From positions 62,001 to 126,000 of the forward strand of contig MU006103.1 of the NCBI GenBank assembly GCA_010093705.1: a DNA stretch of 64,000 bases, in the 5' to 3' direction. A program made the position numbers and the translations under genes. A model generated the notes under the pieces. The model had not been told where the DNA came from, did no database searches, and worked only from the letters and a program-made list of their open reading frames with translations. This DNA is from Patellaria atrata CBS 101060 (lineage: Eukaryota). Positions 60,910 to 64,000 of this stretch are shown piece by piece (the stretch's first letter is position 1; each line of letters opens with the position of its first letter).

Positions 60910-61159
60910 AACCACTAATTGACTTTTTAACAATAGAGAATTTAGATCTTAGTTGCATTGCATGTTCGAAGTTGTTAAATAAGTTTGTAGACTGAACGTT
61001 GAAGCCGTTTTATATGCACCTAGCCGCCCTTTGCCGCTATCGCGCTTATGATAAAGAGTACTTTAAGCTCGACCTACTTAATGGTCTCCGACTTGAGCAA
61101 TAGGACAATAACTTTTGCTTGCTCTAAAGATAGTTTCTCCTTTCTTCTATACCTTTCAA

Positions 61160-62756
61160 ATGGCGGAAGTACTCCAGAAGAATGGTGTTTCAGCTCCTCG
61201 CGCTCGTTGGTACGCCAGTTTTTTTTCCCAAAATCCACTACCGTCTGATATAAAACAATTAGACTGACTACGCAAAAGGAAGCATCTGGACAAAATTCTC
61301 ACTCGACCAGGCCCTTTCACGGATGAGGACTGGGTACCCGGAGAAGATGTGATCGAAGGTCTATCAAGAACGAAAATCTTGTAATTATCTCCCTGAATTC
61401 TTCTAAGCGTACTAGCTAATACCCCTACAGAGTCATGTCAGTGAAATCAAAAGCGCTTCCCACCCCTAACTAACTTCCATCCCAGCGGCGCCGGAGGCCT
61501 AGGCTGCGAGATCCTCAAGAGTCTCGCGCTCTCAGGCTTTAAAGACATCCACGTCATCGATATGGGTAAAACAACCTCCCATATTCCACGCGATCACGTG
61601 GTCTTACCTTCCACCCCTTTTTATACTAACACCTCTCAGACACAATCGACGTCTCAAACCTGAATCGACAATTCCTCTTCCGCCACTCCGACGTCGGGCA
61701 ACCCAAAGCCACCATCGCGGCCAAATTCGTCGAGCGGCGCGTGCCCGGTGTGAAAATCACGCCCTTCGTCGGCAAGATCCAAGACAAAGACGAAGACTAC
61801 TACCGGCAATTCACCATGGTGGTCTGCGGCCTCGACAGCATCGAAGCGCGGCGGTGGATAAACTCGACGCTGGTCGACATGGTGGACGAAGACGACCCGG
61901 ATTCGCTGAAGCCGCTGATCGATGGCGGGACCGAGGGCTTCAAGGGCCAGGCGCGGGTCATCCTGCCGACGATGACGAGCTGCATCGAGTGCCAGCTTGA
62001 CATGCACGCACCGCGGGCCGCGGTGCCGCTGTGTACGTTGGCGACAATCCCGAGGCAGCCCCAGCATTGTATCGAGTGGGCGCATATCATCAAATGGGAG
62101 GAGGAGAGGAAGGATGTCACGCTCGACACTGACGATCCCGAACACATCACCTGGCTTTATCAGAAGGCGCTGTCGCGGGCGAAGGAGTTCAATATCGAAG
62201 GTGTCACGTATAGCATGACGCAGGGGGTTGTCAAAAACATCATCCCGGCTATCGCGTCTACGAATGCGATTGTCGCGGCGAGTTGCTGCAATGAAGCGTT
62301 TAAGATCGCTACGAATACGAATCCACCCCTAGGACTACCGGGTGGGAATAATTATATGATGTATAGTGGCGATGATAGTATATACACTTACACTTTCGAG
62401 CACTTGAAGAAAGATGATTGCCCCGTCTGTGGGAACGTCGCTAAGAAGCTTGAAGTGAATGGGGACATGACATTGGAGTCGTTCCTGGAGAGCATGGCTG
62501 AAAAACCAGAAGCGTGAGTTTACTTCCCGCCCGAAATGTGTAAGGTTTAATTGCTTATGAGCACAGACAACTCAAAAAGCCATCGATACGGTCGGAGGAG
62601 AAGACGCTCTATTATCAATCACCACCTAGCTTGGAAGAGCAGACTCGTCCGAACCTGAAGAAGGAATTATCAGAGCTCCTAGAAAACGGTGAGGAGGTCG
62701 TTGTGACGGACCCAGCATTTCAAATCAGCTTCAAGTTTAAGCTGTTATTCAAATAG
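61160..62756 (+). CDS. UBA3: NEDD8-activating enzyme E1 catalytic subunit
   Basis: Spliced [57 protein letters not shown], catalytic [33 protein letters not shown]. Confidence 0.97.
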
Positions 62757-62949
62757 GGGGCTTATGAATGACATATGATATCAAAGCATGCAAGTAAGGC
62801 GTCGGGCATAGCACCGGGTTTTGAAAATTATGCCATAGCGAAAGTTGCATAGTTAGAATCTCAGTGGTAGGGGGTTTACCATTACGTGACATAAACGGAT
62901 GGTATGGCATCAGAAAAGCGAATATGGAAACTTCGAACAACATCTCTGA

Positions 62950-64000
62950 TTAGTAATACCCTGGTGTACTATTATCATACTCGCGGCTCGTCCCCGGAAA
63001 TGCTCCAATCGGTGTCCCCCTACCCTCTTCATCCTCATCCGCACTGTCGGCTTCCTGGCTTTTGAATGTCTCCCCGCTGGGGTCAGGGGGAGCACGCATA
63101 CGCGTGATAATATCTGCGTCGAGTGAAGGAGGGTGGAAGATGGGTGGATTTTGATGGTATTCGCGACCCGTAGGCATCCTAGAGAGTAATGGTGCGATTG
63201 GAGGGATAGGAGAGGTAGAGATCTGGGAAATGTGTTAGTGCTGCTGTCAGAACATCTCACGTCAGAAGTTCCCTGGGTTCCATAATGTAGTTCCTCCTCA
63301 CGACCAACCACGTTAGACCCTGGTCAGATCTAGAACGAGATCTGCTGCGTTCGACAAATATTTGGACAATTTCCTCTTCGGGTGCATGAGTGGTCGAGGA
63401 AATACCGTGCCAAAATAATATACTGTAAAACAGACGGTATGGAAGGTTAAAATCACAAAACAAAATAAACTCACCATATCATTCTGTTTCACCCACTTCA
63501 CTTCCAACATCTCTACAACCCTCCCTTCCTCTGCCTTTCCCGCATCAATACCCCACTCCCCGCCCTTTTCAACCCTCTTATCTTCCCTCCGCTCTTGCCA
63601 TCCCTTCTTCAGCTTCGACAATCCACTCACTTTTCCCTCCTCTCCCTCTTTACCAACCATGATCCCCAGCTCCCCCTTTGCACCCCTCAACCACGCAATC
63701 CCCTCCGCCGTCGCCCCTCCAGCTTCCGCGTCAATGCCGAAAAACCTACAGGCCCTCGCTTTCGCAGTCCGCCGTAAGTCATCGACGTACTTGATCAACC
63801 CTTCGTCGACCCCTTTGACGCGTCCTAGCATTACCGCTGCCCGCGCTGCGTGTTCCGACGCTGCGATACAGAGTCTAGCAAACAGATGCGCGCGGACCTT
63901 CGGGATCGATGGTGCTTTGAACATCCAATCCTTGTTCTCCTTGTTTCTAGCATCAGCTACGACGGAGGGGTATGGATCATCTTTCAGAACGGCGATGAGT
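62950..64000 (-). CDS. palC: pH-response regulator PalC (BRO1 domain), 3' part
   Basis: [83 protein letters not shown]. Intron 63474-63223. Confidence 0.92.

Noticed and set aside
17850..62756. Apparent enrichment of ubiquitin-system genes (F-box-like pair, RBR, CDC26, UBA3)
   Set aside because: Scattered over 45 kb among unrelated genes; no evidence of a cluster.

Overview
Eukaryotic nuclear DNA from a filamentous ascomycete (Pezizomycotina, inferred from short GT-AG introns with CTAAC/CTGAC branch sites and from gene content). There is one 100-N assembly gap. About 25 protein-coding genes can be supported, several of them invisible in the ORF track because they are spliced or run off the window edge. 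Recognisable genes are SPC2, EMC3, CDC26, TEL2, UBA3, palC, a C2H2 zinc-finger transcription factor, an IQM-like calmodulin-binding protein, a giant LEA/DUF3659-type repeat protein, an MFS transporter, an RBR E3 ligase and small secreted proteins. The standout is a spliced nuclear gene at 56163-56596 that joins a 74-aa mitochondrial-presequence-like leader to a complete 48-aa ATP synthase subunit 8 (MPQLVPFFFVNE...ITKL). This looks like a functional mitochondrion-to-nucleus transfer of atp8, not a NUMT. Other notable signals: two tandem three-exon S/G/N/Y-rich microprotein paralogs with identical exon sizes, a tandem pair of divergent F-box-like genes, a candidate H/ACA snoRNA, two candidate spliced micro-ORF/non-coding loci, a four-uORF leader, microexons and a MITE-like inverted repeat. 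All calls come from manual reading; no database searches were run.
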